A stretch of DNA of 64,000 bases from Phoronis australis. Its lineage: Eukaryota > Animalia > Phoronida. Positions 49,330-60,908 of the stretch are shown here, piece after piece. The first letter of the stretch is position 1. The number at the start of each line of letters is the position of its first letter. A model generated the notes under the pieces. The model was not told the origin of the DNA, ran no database searches, and saw only the letters and a program-made list of their open reading frames with translations. Position numbers and translations under genes: made by a program. Location of the stretch: contig NMRA01000121.1 in the NCBI GenBank assembly GCA_002633005.1, positions 280,847 to 344,846 of the forward strand. The letters run 5' to 3'.

Positions 49330-52300
49330 GTAAGAATTGCGAAGCGCGAATGGTTGCAGAATGCCTTTCTATGCTTCAGAACTTTTGGGCTTCCTATTTC
49401 GTTACATTTTCGTTCACATTTATCGCCAACTGGCGAGTTCTTGTAACCCACCTCATTCGGCATTCACATGACTGGTGTGGCATGACGAGTCATGACCATC
49501 GGCATCGGCCGCTCGGCATCGCTTTCACAGACACAGTTCAGACTGTTCAGAGCCTTGTTGAGGACCACCAACCCTGCCTCATAGGTCAGGATTGGTAGAC
49601 AAAATACACCGGTCTCGGAAAACAGCCTTAACTCTTGTTGCTATGCATTTTATGCATGTAAATTACGTAACGTGGTTTTATTGACTTTTATTCAGTGGAA
49701 CTGGAAGCAAAGAAATGACTTCAGTTTTACCATCATTCATAGACATTTTCGCTGTCTTAACAGGCCATTGGGACAGTGAAGCTCCTACAGGCTATAGGTA
49801 CTTCCCACGCCGGAAGCTTTTCGGCAAATTATGCCTCACTCTGATTAAAACATCAAAGTCACATCGTTATAAGTACCTGTTGTGCATAGAGGGATACCTT
49901 AGCCGCCCTTAGGTCTTAGGAGGCTTTGAATGTATTTAATTCCTTCTAACTCGAACAAATACCCTTTTTCAAGCAGTCCTTTGTTCAGTAAATCAGTAAC
50001 TGGCCATTTTTAACTTTGCTAGCACTCCTTGATTGTAACGTGAGTATTTGCGTGAGTTGGAAGGAATTAGACATCGACGGCCTGCTGAGGACTGTGAGGT
50101 GTCCCTCTATGCGCAAAAGGTACTTATAACTACAGGGCTTTGATGTTTTAATCAGTATGAGGCATAATTTGCTGAAACGCTTCCGGCGTGTGAAGGCCCT
50201 ATAGATGCTTGAAATCTGTAAAATGCAGGATTACCTTTTTGTTGCTATTGCAACTTGCAAGCAACTTGACAGTCGCGGGTCACTATCAAAGCTTTTAGTG
50301 TACATCACTGACATCAATAACTTAAATTTTAGGAATTTTAAAAATTCAATTGTATTTAATTAATGATTTAATAGAAAAATTTATCCTCTATGAAAATATT
50401 CAGCATACAGGCGCATTTGGCAGAGTCTGTCAAAAGCTCCTGTGTTGTACATTCACTAGCAAGGAATCGGGCATCTAGAAAATTTCACGTCACCCTTCCA
50501 AATCTCAGATACCAAGAAACGAAACAGTTGTGTAGTCGTGTATCACCTTTTCATTTAAAATTCATCCAAGTTCATGGAGTGGTAAATTTAAGCAGTCACT
50601 ATGTTGGAACTGACCTTTCACAAGCTCCGCGCCCTTGCGAAAAGTCGACAACAATAGGCTTTACCCAACAATGCGTTGTTTGTCGGGTAAAATGTCGTCT
50701 TGGAAACGAAGGTGTGTGAAGAATGCGGCATTCTATTTGGTCAGTTAAGCCGTCACTCAAAATCCTGGTGATCGGTCAACTGAGGTGCTGAAGACTTGAC
50801 CAGTGGATGTATCAATGCTATTCGTTGCAACCACTTAGGACTGGCACATCGTTAACTGTGTGAGAGGATTGTTTCATGCCACAATTAGAAGGTGACAGCT
50901 TGTTGGCTACAGAATGACTTTCACTTGGACCCTCTTCATGTTGCAGGAATTTGACAGCAGAAAGAAAGAATTTGCATTACTTCAAAGTCGAACCATGGAG
51001 GATGACGAAGCTTATAGTTTACTGGCCAAGATAAAGCAAGAGTTGGCTGAGGAGAACATTGATGAGCTGAAGAAGATAATATTGAATGCTGACTGTCGAC
51101 AACACTTTGTTGCCATTGGGTGGGACTTGGTTCCAGAACTGTCTGCCTTCTTGACTGATCAAGTCAAATGTCGGAAACCGAATTTACTGTATGCCTGTGA
51201 GGATTTGCTAATCTGTGTTGCCACTTACGGCAATGCTAAGGAACTTCTGTTGGCGTATTTAGAACAGTTAGATCAGTTTAAAGAGGATGTTAAATTCAAG
51301 ACACTGCTTCAACCTCTTCAGATTTGTCTGGCACGGTTACCGGCTAAACGTCAGCACTCTTTCGATATCACCTTGGAGACTGTGTATGCACACTTGCTAG
51401 CACTGCCTAAACCTGAATATCATGACCTAGAAGGTGATGAGAAGGCATTGTTAGAAACTGATCCTGATGTTGTGCGAATATGTGAGGTGGTTTCCGCGGC
51501 GTTAGATTTTATCAGTCCATTTGTGGAGGAAGTGGAAACATGTAGGAGAGGGCTAGTTGATGAGACAGAGCTAGATTCCAAAGTTACGTTTCAACGACTT
51601 CAAATAGCAAGATTCTTGCTCCGTATTATTGATCACCCTTTGCGTTACACCAGTTTGGAATTAAGGGAGGGAGGTACGATTAAGAGCAGTATGAGAATTG
51701 TGTCAGAGACATTGATGGTGTTTCTTGCAAAATTGTTCGGTGATTTCCAGGTGATGATTATGGAGATCATTTCTAGTAATCACAAAATTGTGGAGAATCA
51801 CCTCGATAGTGACAATCAAGAGGAAAAAGTATTTGCCGAGGAAAAAATCAGCGATGTTGCTTTGGGGTGTTTCTTGTACCTGTTGCATCATGAGTTCATA
51901 TGCATTAATAGCTTTGCTTACGTCATCAGTAGCTGGAGTAGACTGGAAACAAGCTTGATTTACATAACAGCTCTGTTGTCGGATGATCATGCCTATGTCA
52001 CTGCTAAGGGAGTCTTGCTAGCACAGACACTAATTGGTAATATCGTCGATGGTGTTTTGCCCGAGTCTGTCCTTGATATGCCCAAGTGCAGCAGTTTTAT
52101 CCGTGCAATGATTCAGGTGATGACCTATTGCCCATCAAAAGAAGTGCGACAAAATGCAGTCAAGATAGTCCCTAATCTGATATCAAAGTTTTGCACCAGT
52201 GGTCGAGCCAAACTTCTCATCTTTGTTCTCAGCGTAGCTACTCATGCTGGGGTACTTGGATTTGCCATCAATCTACTGAAAGAGGAAATTAATCGCAGCT

Positions 52301-55300
52301 TGAACTCCTCTCCTGAAGACAGCATTCCGAATAAAACCATTAAGTTCTTCTTCCAGCTAGTCTTTCGTCTTCAGGACGGTGCAGCAACTGACCTTCTGGA
52401 CAGATCCGACAGAATCATGGCCGCTTTGAACCTGTTGCGTTTTCTAGTCATTCGTGACAGATCGAGTGAAGACCACACAGGAATATGGTCCATTTTACCT
52501 ACAGTGGAAAGAAATTTTCTTGAACCGCTGCGAACTGGTTTAGATATGTCGCGAGCCCACTATCAACTAGAACTAAAGGGTATACAGAATGAGAAGAATG
52601 ATGAACAAGGTCTGCAGATGTCGCTAAGTGTTGGAGGGCAAACCATGCCCAGTGTGGACAGTAAACAAAAAGTGGAGATGTTACAACTGGCCTTGCATAC
52701 CTTTGATATGATGGACAGTGTTCTGGGCCGTGTTAATGAACTGATAACATGTAATAAGAAGTCAGTTTAAGCTTAGAATGTTACTGAGTAGGGTATACTA
52801 GTTAGTTTTCCTGTTGACTGTATACGCATTTTGTACTATCCTGCAATAAACAGTATTTTTGTTCTGTTATTAATTGAACTTTTCCATGATGCCAAATTTT
52901 TTCTTCAACTAATTTGCATTGTCAAAAGTTAGAATTTCTAATTTTTCCCAACCTTTTGTTTGTTGTGATTTGCAAAAAACTCAATGTTTACTTTTGTCAG
53001 TATCATCGTTTGCTGTCAGTTCACAAACTCAATCTATTTGAATCTTTCAATAATAAATTAATCTGACTGTGCGTACAGTTTCCAAGGTATTGTTCGTAGC
53101 TACATAACTACTCTTTGACAATACGTCCTTTTTTAAACACTGCTTGCTGCAGGCAGCTATGGGTTGAGCAAATTTCCATGTCAGATGTACATGTTGGCTG
53201 TCAAAAATCAAGACCACTGATTCAGAAGTTTTCATGTAAAGTCGAAGTCTTTGATTTTTGACAGTCGAGTTCTTGGGCTCAAAGGCCTTAAAAAATCCCA
53301 GACACCGTTTTGTAGGTAATAGACCAAATAAACAGAATTTACTACAATCCTAGGAAAAAGTTCGACCTGTGGAAGTTATGGCGGTCTCCATGGAAAATCG
53401 TGATTTTTTACGAAAAACATCACGTGATTGCAAATGTTCGAGCAACATTTTCGTTTACATTACCGACTTCCTGATTACCATGGATACAAAATGGCAATCA
53501 ATATTTCAAAAGGTATTAAAAGAAACATGGCCCTCGGTAACCATGGTAGTCAGTTACCCTAATTCGAGTACAATGAACTTTCTTGGATGGATCAAAAACT
53601 ACATTTTATTGCTTTTATGACCATTTGTCACGCTATGGTAATTCTTGAGGATGAAAGCACAAGTCAAAAAAGGTTTGTCATCTAGTTTTATGAAAATGTT
53701 TCCCATTTAGGGATATTTTAGCTGAGAAACCTGCTACCATTTAAAGACGATTAAAGAAAAAAAATTTTGGAAAAACTTCATGTCCATCTCGGATATCTCC
53801 GTAGTTCGAGGCTAAATCACTTTTGCACGGGATTTTTGTTGTGTCACTAAAGCCCATTTTGCTCATTAAGCTAATTCTTCACCTATTTAACACATTTTAT
53901 TAAATGTAACGCATGTGTTTTTGATCAGTTTAGTAGAATTTCTAAACAAAAATAAATTTAATCCAGTCTCAGCATTGTCTCTGTCTAGACACCACATGGT
54001 TGATTTTTGGTCATTAGAACTGTAGGAAGGTTCATGTAGCCAGAATTAAGATGACAATTTTGCAGCGCGTTCTGTGCAAGATCCTTGAAGAATCACCATA
54101 GATCTGCTATTTTCTTAGTTTTAATGGCTGTGATTAAAGAGAAATGTTTAGAGATAAGTACCGGCCATGCTCTACTTATCGCCTACTCCTGAAATGTCCA
54201 AAAATTCAGTTGAGTGCCCGCTTTGGGTTACCCACCTTCAATTTAATGAGTTTTCCATTCATATTTTGAGGAAGCAGCATTTTTATGTTGAATTATATTG
54301 GAAACGTGTGTAACACATAACTGCCTCACTTTGTCAGCTGAGTTTGCCAACACAACTCTGTTAGAGCTTTGCGGATTCTCTTTTCTGAAATCAAGGAATG
54401 TTTCCTTTGGTTTTATGCAGGCAATCTGTTAACATTTGTTAAGACTGGATTTTTGTAACTGATTCATTTATTCGATCAGTATGTTATAGTTTTGAAAAAG
54501 TTTACAGTGCCTCTCAACTAAATTGTTTACAGGACTGCGACATCTGTCGACAACCAAACTGAGATGTAGCATAGATTCACAGACCCAGTCGGAAAACAAT
54601 AGTGAAGAAAAAGAAGAGCGTGTTAAAGAGACCATCCTGACGACCGCCCTGAAATACGTAGACAAACATGGCTGGACACAAGAGGCATTGTCTCTAGGTA
54701 TGTTGATGGTCGGCCAATCACTTGTCAGCTTTCACTTCAGTGGGCTCAGTCTGCCTAAGTCATCACCTTCCTTGCCTCCCATTGTTATGTTGATGGTCGA
54801 CCAAACACTTGAGAAATGTGGTAATAAAAGCTTTTTCACTTAAACTGTCATCAGTCTGTCGAAGTCATCACCTTTCTTGGCTCCCATTGTCATGTAAAAG
54901 TTTTGGTTACGTCATTTTTAAAAGTCGTCATTTTCACGTAACTCCTCGCTCAAAAGTAATCCCATGACTATATGCGAAAATTTTCGCCACATTGAACTTG
55001 TGCGCTGGTTATAAAATATTTTGCCAAGCACTGTTGATAGAAATTAAGAATCCCATGAAAAATACAATTTACTTCTTCGTATGGTTAACTCCTATAAATT
55101 TCGAACAAAAGTAATCGCCAAAATCACTCTCTCATTTTTCAAAGGCTTTAACGTTGTTACGAATGGCCACAATTTCTCAGAAGCATTTGTCTGATGGTGG
55201 CTGTGATATAGATCTTTAGAAATATGTAGCATTTATGTCGTGCTACTAATCTCTTATGAAAAAATGAAATTTCACTTGTTGGCCTTATTTGTAAGATTTT

Positions 55301-58300
55301 ATCTTGCTTAAGGACTTAACAAAATCAATGTGCCTGTTGGAATTTTTGCTGAAGTTTTTCACAAAAACGTGAGGACATGGGTTTAGCCATTCGTATCGTA
55401 CACTTGTTGAAAGACATATATTCAACCAATAATCCGTAATGTAGGTAGAGCAGTGGTAAGGACAGAATGGGTATGTGTGAATTTTATTATTAAAAAAATT
55501 AATCTCCAGTGTCGCACTTCATCCACAATTTGAAAATTATGAATGCACGTTACTGTACATCACTTCCTGCTGTGTGTCTTTCAGGTGCTGAAGAATGCGG
55601 TTACCCTGGCATTGCCCACGGTATGTTCCCTGATGGTGGAGTGGAGCTAGTCCACTTTGTATACAGAACCAACAACGAGAAGCTTGCAGACATACTGAGA
55701 AGTGAGGTGGCAGAGGCTGAACAAAACCCTGACTTGTACGTTAAGATTTGTCGGTAGTCTCGGTGCAATGACCACACAATTAGTTGGTGGAAAATGAAGG
55801 GAAATGCACTGGATTCATCCTAATATGCAGCTAGACCAGATACAATGGTGTTATGCTTTCTAGGGCTTTGTGAGCTTAACACAAATTATTGAACATCATA
55901 ACATTTCTGATTACCGCTTGAAAACATATTGTAAGATTAAGTTTCCTTTTAATGTTTTTTACGAAAAAGGCAATGTACTGTAATAAGTCTAGAGTTCGGC
56001 CCAGAAAGTACCAGATAGATTTTTCCGTATCTTTTTATACTGACCTGATATGAATACACTTCCTTGTTTCAATGGGTTTTGCAAAAATATGGACATTGTG
56101 TTTCTGTTTGATTCGTTTGCAACGGAGTGCTGAACTTGGCACACTGTTGAACTTTTAATTAATGAAACATCTCGTTGCTTAGATGTTGAACCATGGTCAC
56201 TCGAGTGGTTTTGCCTTTTCTAGTTTAACTGCAGAATGACTGTGTTCATCTCCATTCATGACACAATATCATCAATGAATGTTTGTTTACAGAAAGAAGT
56301 CAACTCAAAGATTTACTACAGATGCACTGAAAACTAGGCTGGAAATGACTATACCTTACCTAGACATATGGCCGCAGGTTGGTATGTTTCTTGGCCACTC
56401 GTGTCCCATAGGGAATGGATGTCCTGTTGGGATTACCAGCTGAGAATCCTTTGATCAATAGATGGAATGATGGTTTCATTGTAGACTAGTTGATAAGGTC
56501 TTGCATAACCTTAATACACTGAAATCAACCATGGTTTTCTTTCACTTGTATTTTCATCCGGTTTGATTGATATCGGTGATATACTGGTTAAAGCAAGGTA
56601 TTTATGCTGAACAGATTAAGTATCCAAGGAGTCGATTCCCTGGTCAGAGAAGCTGCTGTTTCCGGGATCTTCTGCAGAATTTCAACTCAGTTCATTGTGA
56701 AATCACCTCTTTGCTTAGCATAGTCCTATCCTTAACAACAAAAAATTCAGAAGTAACCATGATGATGGTCTTTAAATCATGGGCAGGTTTCATTTCAAAG
56801 GTGCACTGATTTGTAAAACCACCATTTCTGTAGGTTACTCTTTTGACCGTTGTTTGGTAATAGATACGCTATGCAAATCATGCTAAAAGCTATGTAAATT
56901 CTGCTGAGAAGTTATTTTTGTGGAGAAATTTGTCAAAATGAAATTTTACTTGTCCGCCATATTGTGTCCCAAACTGAAGAACTTTAACCAGTATTCATTC
57001 CCTCTTTTCATTAGTTGGTTTCATTCTGCTTTGGATGACCCCATCCCACAATCCTCTGTAATGTGACCTGTGTAGCTATCTGTAAAAAGGTCTATTATGT
57101 GTTGTTACTTACTCCACCTGCAGGCGATGGGACTAATGACTCTTCCACAGAACGTACCAACTGCCCTACAGAACCTGACACAGTTAACTGATGATATCTG
57201 GTACCATGCTGGTGACAGAGCAACTGATGTGGGTATTAAACCAATTGAAAGAGTACAATCATGTTTTTTTGTTGGGAAATGGCTTCGACTTGATTGTGAA
57301 GTATTGGGGGTAGTGTTATAATTTCTGTTCTGTAAGTCAGGTTAAACTGAAACTCAAATCTTCGCTACAACTTGTAGATATTACCTTATGAATTGATGGA
57401 CATTGTAACTAGAAAATTCACCCTTTGAACTTGTTCTTTTCTTTCTTTTGAAACTTTTGGACTAAAATGAAGTTTGTGTTTCACCATAAGTGACAAGTGT
57501 ATTACTTTGATGAGATAAAGCAAGTTACTGTACGTAGAGGATGCCATGCTGATAACACGGGCCTTGCTCATCATTTGCAGTTTACCTGGTACACAAAACG
57601 AGCGTCACTGGCCTTTGTGTACAAAACCTCGGAGCTATCTCTCATACAAGACAAATCTGAAGGGTTTAAAGACACGTGGGAGTTCATGAACAGGAGAGTG
57701 GAGGACGTAGTCACCGCTGGCAAGCGTTATCACCAAGTACGTGACAACAGAAAGCGGTTATTAATTAAAATAAATTGTCCATTAACGTGCATTTAGAGTG
57801 TGAATCTATTCCTAATATGAAATTACCTGACTTTCTAAGTTTTATTTCATGCACTTACCCTGTCGTGTAGGCGTGTTTCACATATTTTAAGTGTCCGTCA
57901 CAAACACACCCGCAGTCTTGCTTAACTTGTTGACCTTGATAAAAGTGATGACTAAACTTAGTGATGACATTTTCACAAATGTAGGCATGCAAGGAAGTGT
58001 GTCAACTTGTGCAGACTGACGAGTTGTCTGATGATGAGTTAAACAATTTGGTAGAGTGACGGTAATAAAAAAATTTATTTGTTTGACATTTTTCATTTGC
58101 TGCCTGTTTACTGTTCAAAGAGCAAAACTTTGGCCGAGACTGGACTTGAAAATTGGCCAATCTCGTTGTTTGGAATTTGAAAGTTTACTTACTTCAGTTG
58201 GTTAATGTTCGAGTGAAGCCTCGGGTGACGTTTGGTGATTGATTACTATCTTGCCAGGATTAGAAAGATGTTCTAAACAATTGTTCTGAACAATTTTGCT

Positions 58301-58825
58301 GTCTGCTTTGTTTGCCCTTTGGCTCACAGTATAGTCTAAGATTCTATTTTCAGGTTGGACAGTCGACAGAGGTGTTGAGCGAAGTTGTAAAAAATGCCAG
58401 TATAATAGTAAGATAAACAGATTCAATTTGCTGCTGTCAAAATCAATTAAACTTTAAATATGACCCCATAGGAATAGCTGTCTGACAGCATTCCATTGGA
58501 AAGAGGTTTTGCTTGGGTTCTACATTTCCTAGCTTGTGTTACACAACTTGAGTTTACTCTTGGGTTGTACCTACCATGCAGTCTGATTAACTTCTTGGTG
58601 ATAACAGTATTGCAATACCTAGGTGACATCTACTATATTGGCCTAGGGAATGAACATCACATTTTGATAAATTTTGACCTGACAATAGCCTGGATGCAAT
58701 ACAAGATGATACAAATGTGAAATGTTCTTTATTAACTTGCCTCTTGATTGCATTGATACTACAGCTGCTACATTTTGATTTTCCAGGTGAAGAATCTTAT
58801 TGGAGTTAATGACCGGAATAGGTGA
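49272..58825 (+). CDS. COQ9: Ubiquinone biosynthesis protein COQ9, mitochondrial (8 exons, 270 aa)
   Basis: Exons 49272-49329, 54533-54697, 55585-55735, 56293-56377, 57124-57228, 57581-57736, 58354-58407, 58787-58825. Phases are consistent (813 nt). Motifs ILTTALKYVDKHGWT, DDIWYHAGDRATDFTWYTKR, QDKSEGFKDTWEFM and C-terminal VKNLIGVNDRNR match recalled COQ9. Confidence 0.93.
49792..50204. mobile_element. MITE with about 65-bp imperfect inverted termini, in COQ9 intron 1 upstream of GLMN
   Basis: cacgccggaagc...gcaaattatgcctca..ctgattaaaacatcaaag versus ctttgatgttttaatcag..tgaggcataatttgc...gcttccggcgtg. Confidence 0.75.
50608..50781 (+). mobile_element. MITE family A copy (diverged)
   Basis: caagctccgcgcccttgcgaaaagtcgac...ggaaacgaaggtgtg...ggtcagttaagccgtcactcaaaatcctgg. 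Confidence 0.75.
50914..50946 (+). promoter_or_regulatory. Splice acceptor for the GLMN exon (branch-like TGAC, pyrimidine tract, ttgcag|G at 50946/50947)
   Basis: atgactttcacttggaccctcttcatgttgcag|GAA. Confidence 0.7.
50995..52770 (+). CDS. GLMN: Glomulin (FAP68/Alf4 family; RBX1-binding cullin-RING ligase inhibitor), single-exon CDS of 591 aa
   Basis: Within ORF 50914..52770; Kozak ACCATGG at 50995. Recalled glomulin motifs: IGWDLV, GNAKELLLAYLEQL, VMTYCPSKEVRQ, HAGVLGFAI, DLLDRSDRIMAALNLLRFLVIRD, TGIW, FLEPLRTGLDMSRAHY, ALHTFDMMDSVLGRVNELI. Length is close to human GLMN. Confidence 0.95.
   Translation: MEDDEAYSLLAKIKQELAEENIDELKKIILNADCRQHFVAIGWDLVPELSAFLTDQVKCRKPNLLYACEDLLICVATYGNAKELLLAYLEQLDQFKEDVKFKTLLQPLQICLARLPAKRQHSFDITLETVYAHLLALPKPEYHDLEGDEKALLETDPDVVRICEVVSAALDFISPFVEEVETCRRGLVDETELDSKVTFQRLQIARFLLRIIDHPLRYTSLELREGGTIKSSMRIVSETLMVFLAKLFGDFQVMIMEIISSNHKIVENHLDSDNQEEKVFAEEKISDVALGCFLYLLHHEFICINSFAYVISSWSRLETSLIYITALLSDDHAYVTAKGVLLAQTLIGNIVDGVLPESVLDMPKCSSFIRAMIQVMTYCPSKEVRQNAVKIVPNLISKFCTSGRAKLLIFVLSVATHAGVLGFAINLLKEEINRSLNSSPEDSIPNKTIKFFFQLVFRLQDGAATDLLDRSDRIMAALNLLRFLVIRDRSSEDHTGIWSILPTVERNFLEPLRTGLDMSRAHYQLELKGIQNEKNDEQGLQMSLSVGGQTMPSVDSKQKVEMLQLALHTFDMMDSVLGRVNELITCNKKSV
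52845..52850 (+). terminator. GLMN polyadenylation signal AATAAA (intronic relative to COQ9)
   Basis: AATAAA 75 nt after the GLMN stop, followed by T/GT-rich sequence. Confidence 0.7.
54533..54697 (+). CDS. COQ9: COQ9 exon 2
   Basis: tttacag|; LRHLSTTKLRC...ILTTALKYVDKHGWTQEALSL; G|GTATGT. Confidence 0.93.
55585..55735 (+). CDS. COQ9: COQ9 exon 3
   Basis: AEECGYPGIAHGMFPDGGVELVHF. Confidence 0.93.
56293..56377 (+). CDS. COQ9: COQ9 exon 4
   Basis: KKSTQRFTTDALKTRLEMTIPYLDIWPQ. Confidence 0.93.
57124..57228 (+). CDS. COQ9: COQ9 exon 5
   Basis: AMGLMTLPQNVPTALQNLTQLTDDIWYHAGDRATD. Confidence 0.95.
57581..57736 (+). CDS. COQ9: COQ9 exon 6
   Basis: FTWYTKRASLAFVYKTSELSLIQDKSEGFKDTWEFMNRRVEDV. 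Confidence 0.95.
58354..58407 (+). CDS. COQ9: COQ9 exon 7
   Basis: ttttcag|VGQSTEVLSEVVKNASII|GTAAGA. Confidence 0.85.
58787..58825 (+). CDS. COQ9: COQ9 exon 8 (VKNLIGVNDRNR*)
   Basis: ttccag acceptor; resembles human C-terminus LKNLTGLNQRR. Confidence 0.88.
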   Translation: MKNLIGVNDRNR

Positions 58826-59337
58826 TGGAAGGATGGATCAAGAAATATCATACTGGAAAGTTCAAGGTCTTTATTTTTGCATGACTTTTAAGCCCGTGGC
58901 ACTTGATTAGTGCGTTGCGCTTATGAAGATCATGTGATTGTGACTTGTTCAAGGAGTGGTTTGTGATCTGCTGCTCAGTTGGGGCACTAGTTATTGAAAA
59001 AAAGGACTTCTTGTGCACAGATAATCCTAATAATTATCTGTGTGGTGCACCTCATCAGGTCTCAACAGCTGTTCAGTGAACTTAGTATCTGAAGTGTGGT
59101 TGTTAGTGGACCTGTTCTGTAGCACTAGACATTTGCCATTAAAATCTATTACAACCTTATGCAGTGTTAGCTTAAGTCAAAGTGTGAAATGGACAATTGT
59201 GTTGATGACTCTTAAGGTTTTCCATTAATGTGTATACACAGGGTGACTTTGTTTGTATCACTAAACAGGATTATGAATCTTTGTAATGGAACATGCTATG
59301 TTACATTCATTAAAAGCTTAAAATTCACTGTTTTGTT

Positions 59338-59343
59338 AATAAA
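59338..59343 (+). terminator. Candidate COQ9 polyadenylation signal AATAAA
   Basis: AATAAA about 510 nt after the stop codon, with GT-rich sequence downstream. Confidence 0.5.
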
Positions 59344-59831
59344 ATTAAAGACAGTTCCAGCGTCCTTGATGACACTTTTTCAGGTGTGTTTTGATTTTGA
59401 TGTGGATGTTCATCAATGTTTGCAGTATTTTCAATCAAATTAGATTAACATTTTGTAAATAGTTTTGTGTGACCCCATGCAGTGCTAATTAGGTAAAGTT
59501 GACACTTGACAATGCGAGTCTCAAACAGGTAACAAGTCATATTTTGAGGTGATAAATCAAGCCATGCCAACAATTGACGAACTAACTCCACTCATTTCAG
59601 ATATGTGTAGTCTGTAAAAGATGAGGCACAACCATGACGCATTAAAAGCCTCTAAAAATGTTCCACACTAAACAAAAACCAAAACTAACTCAAGGTGATG
59701 CTGCGTGTGACTTGAGATAGATGCGCGGTTTTGTAAACTCCTGGCTCATAAAATCGATCTTGTAATATTCGTTACCATGGTAGGATTCTATTTCTGTTTC
59801 CAACAAAAACACAAACTTTAAGACTATCAGC

Positions 59832-60050
59832 AATTGACCTATCGCCAGGATTTTGAGTGAAAGCTTAACTGACCATTTAGAACGCAGCATTATGAACACA
59901 CCTTCATTTCCAAGCCCCTATTTTACTCGACAAACATGTTCTGGAGAAAAGGTTCGTCATTGGTCTCTAGAGGCATTGTAGTATGCGATTGTCACTTATT
60001 GTTTGTTGGTCGACATTACGCAAGGGGTTGGAGCTTGCGATAGGTCAATT
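59832..60050 (-). mobile_element. MITE family A copy
   Basis: aattgacctatcgcc...gcgataggtcaatt; interior is the reverse complement of 14359-14537. Confidence 0.8.
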
Positions 60051-60706
60051 CAAAAAGGGCTTCAAAGTTCATTGGGGTTTAGTTGGCCAGCCCTAAAATA
60101 GCAAATTCAGAAGTGGCACATGTACGCATTGGCTGTGACTCAAGTTACCAGCTCATTTGGCAACAACTGAAGATCGAATGGGCATATTTTTAAAGGCCCA
60201 AGCACTTAGGCTAAGAATGCAATGTTGACAGCTAAACAATGACAAGATGCCGTGAAACTAACTACTTGAACTACACTGACAATGTTTTGTTTTGGCAGCA
60301 CACATGGCCACATTGCAGGAGACCCAACTCTCGATTTGGCCCTATATCGTCAGTGAAGGGAACAATCATGGATCTAGAACCTAGTCAGGGTTCATGATGA
60401 CCACACTCAGTACCCTCCCTAGTTATGTTTTGTTGTGATCTTGTCTATGATTTGTTGTATATCATTGTCAATTGTCAAAAACTTAAAATTTACTTCAGAA
60501 AACATCCAGTAACCAAGAATTAGTGGCGAAAGTATTTCTAGTTGTTATACAGTACAAGACAAAAGTAATCGGACAAAATACCATCTTCCCGTCATGACGG
60601 CCAATTCTGTGAATAGCAAAAATGGAAGTTGACTATTATATGGCTGACAAAATTCTAATTGAAGAATGCCTTAGCCACCTTCTCGTAAATTCTCCTTCAT
60701 TCTCAG

Positions 60707-60908
60707 TCTTGAGCCACAATGACAGGTATTACTATTTCATTTTGTCCTCTTGAGCCACAATGACAGGTATTACTATTTCATTTTGTCCTCTTGAGCCACA
60801 ATGACAGGTATTACTATTTCATTTTGTCCTCTTGAGCCACAATGACAGGTATTACTATGTCATTTTGTCCTCTTGAGCCATAATGACGTATTGCTATGTC
60901 ATTTTGTC
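60707..60908. repeat. Tandem repeat with a 41-bp unit, about 5 copies
   Basis: tcttgagccacaatgacaggtattactatttcattttgtcc. Confidence 0.95.

Noticed and set aside
50914-50994. Longer 618-aa GLMN start (MTFTWTLFMLQ...)
   Set aside because: The upstream ATGs lie in the branch-point/polypyrimidine tract before the ttgcag acceptor; ATG 50995 has an optimal Kozak context and gives a family-typical length.
54051-54101. Alternative COQ9 first exon downstream of GLMN (ATGACAATTTTGCAGCGC...)
   Set aside because: Reaches TAG before any usable phase-1 donor.
60707-60908. CRISPR-like repeat
   Set aside because: Contiguous 41-bp units with no spacers and no cas genes.
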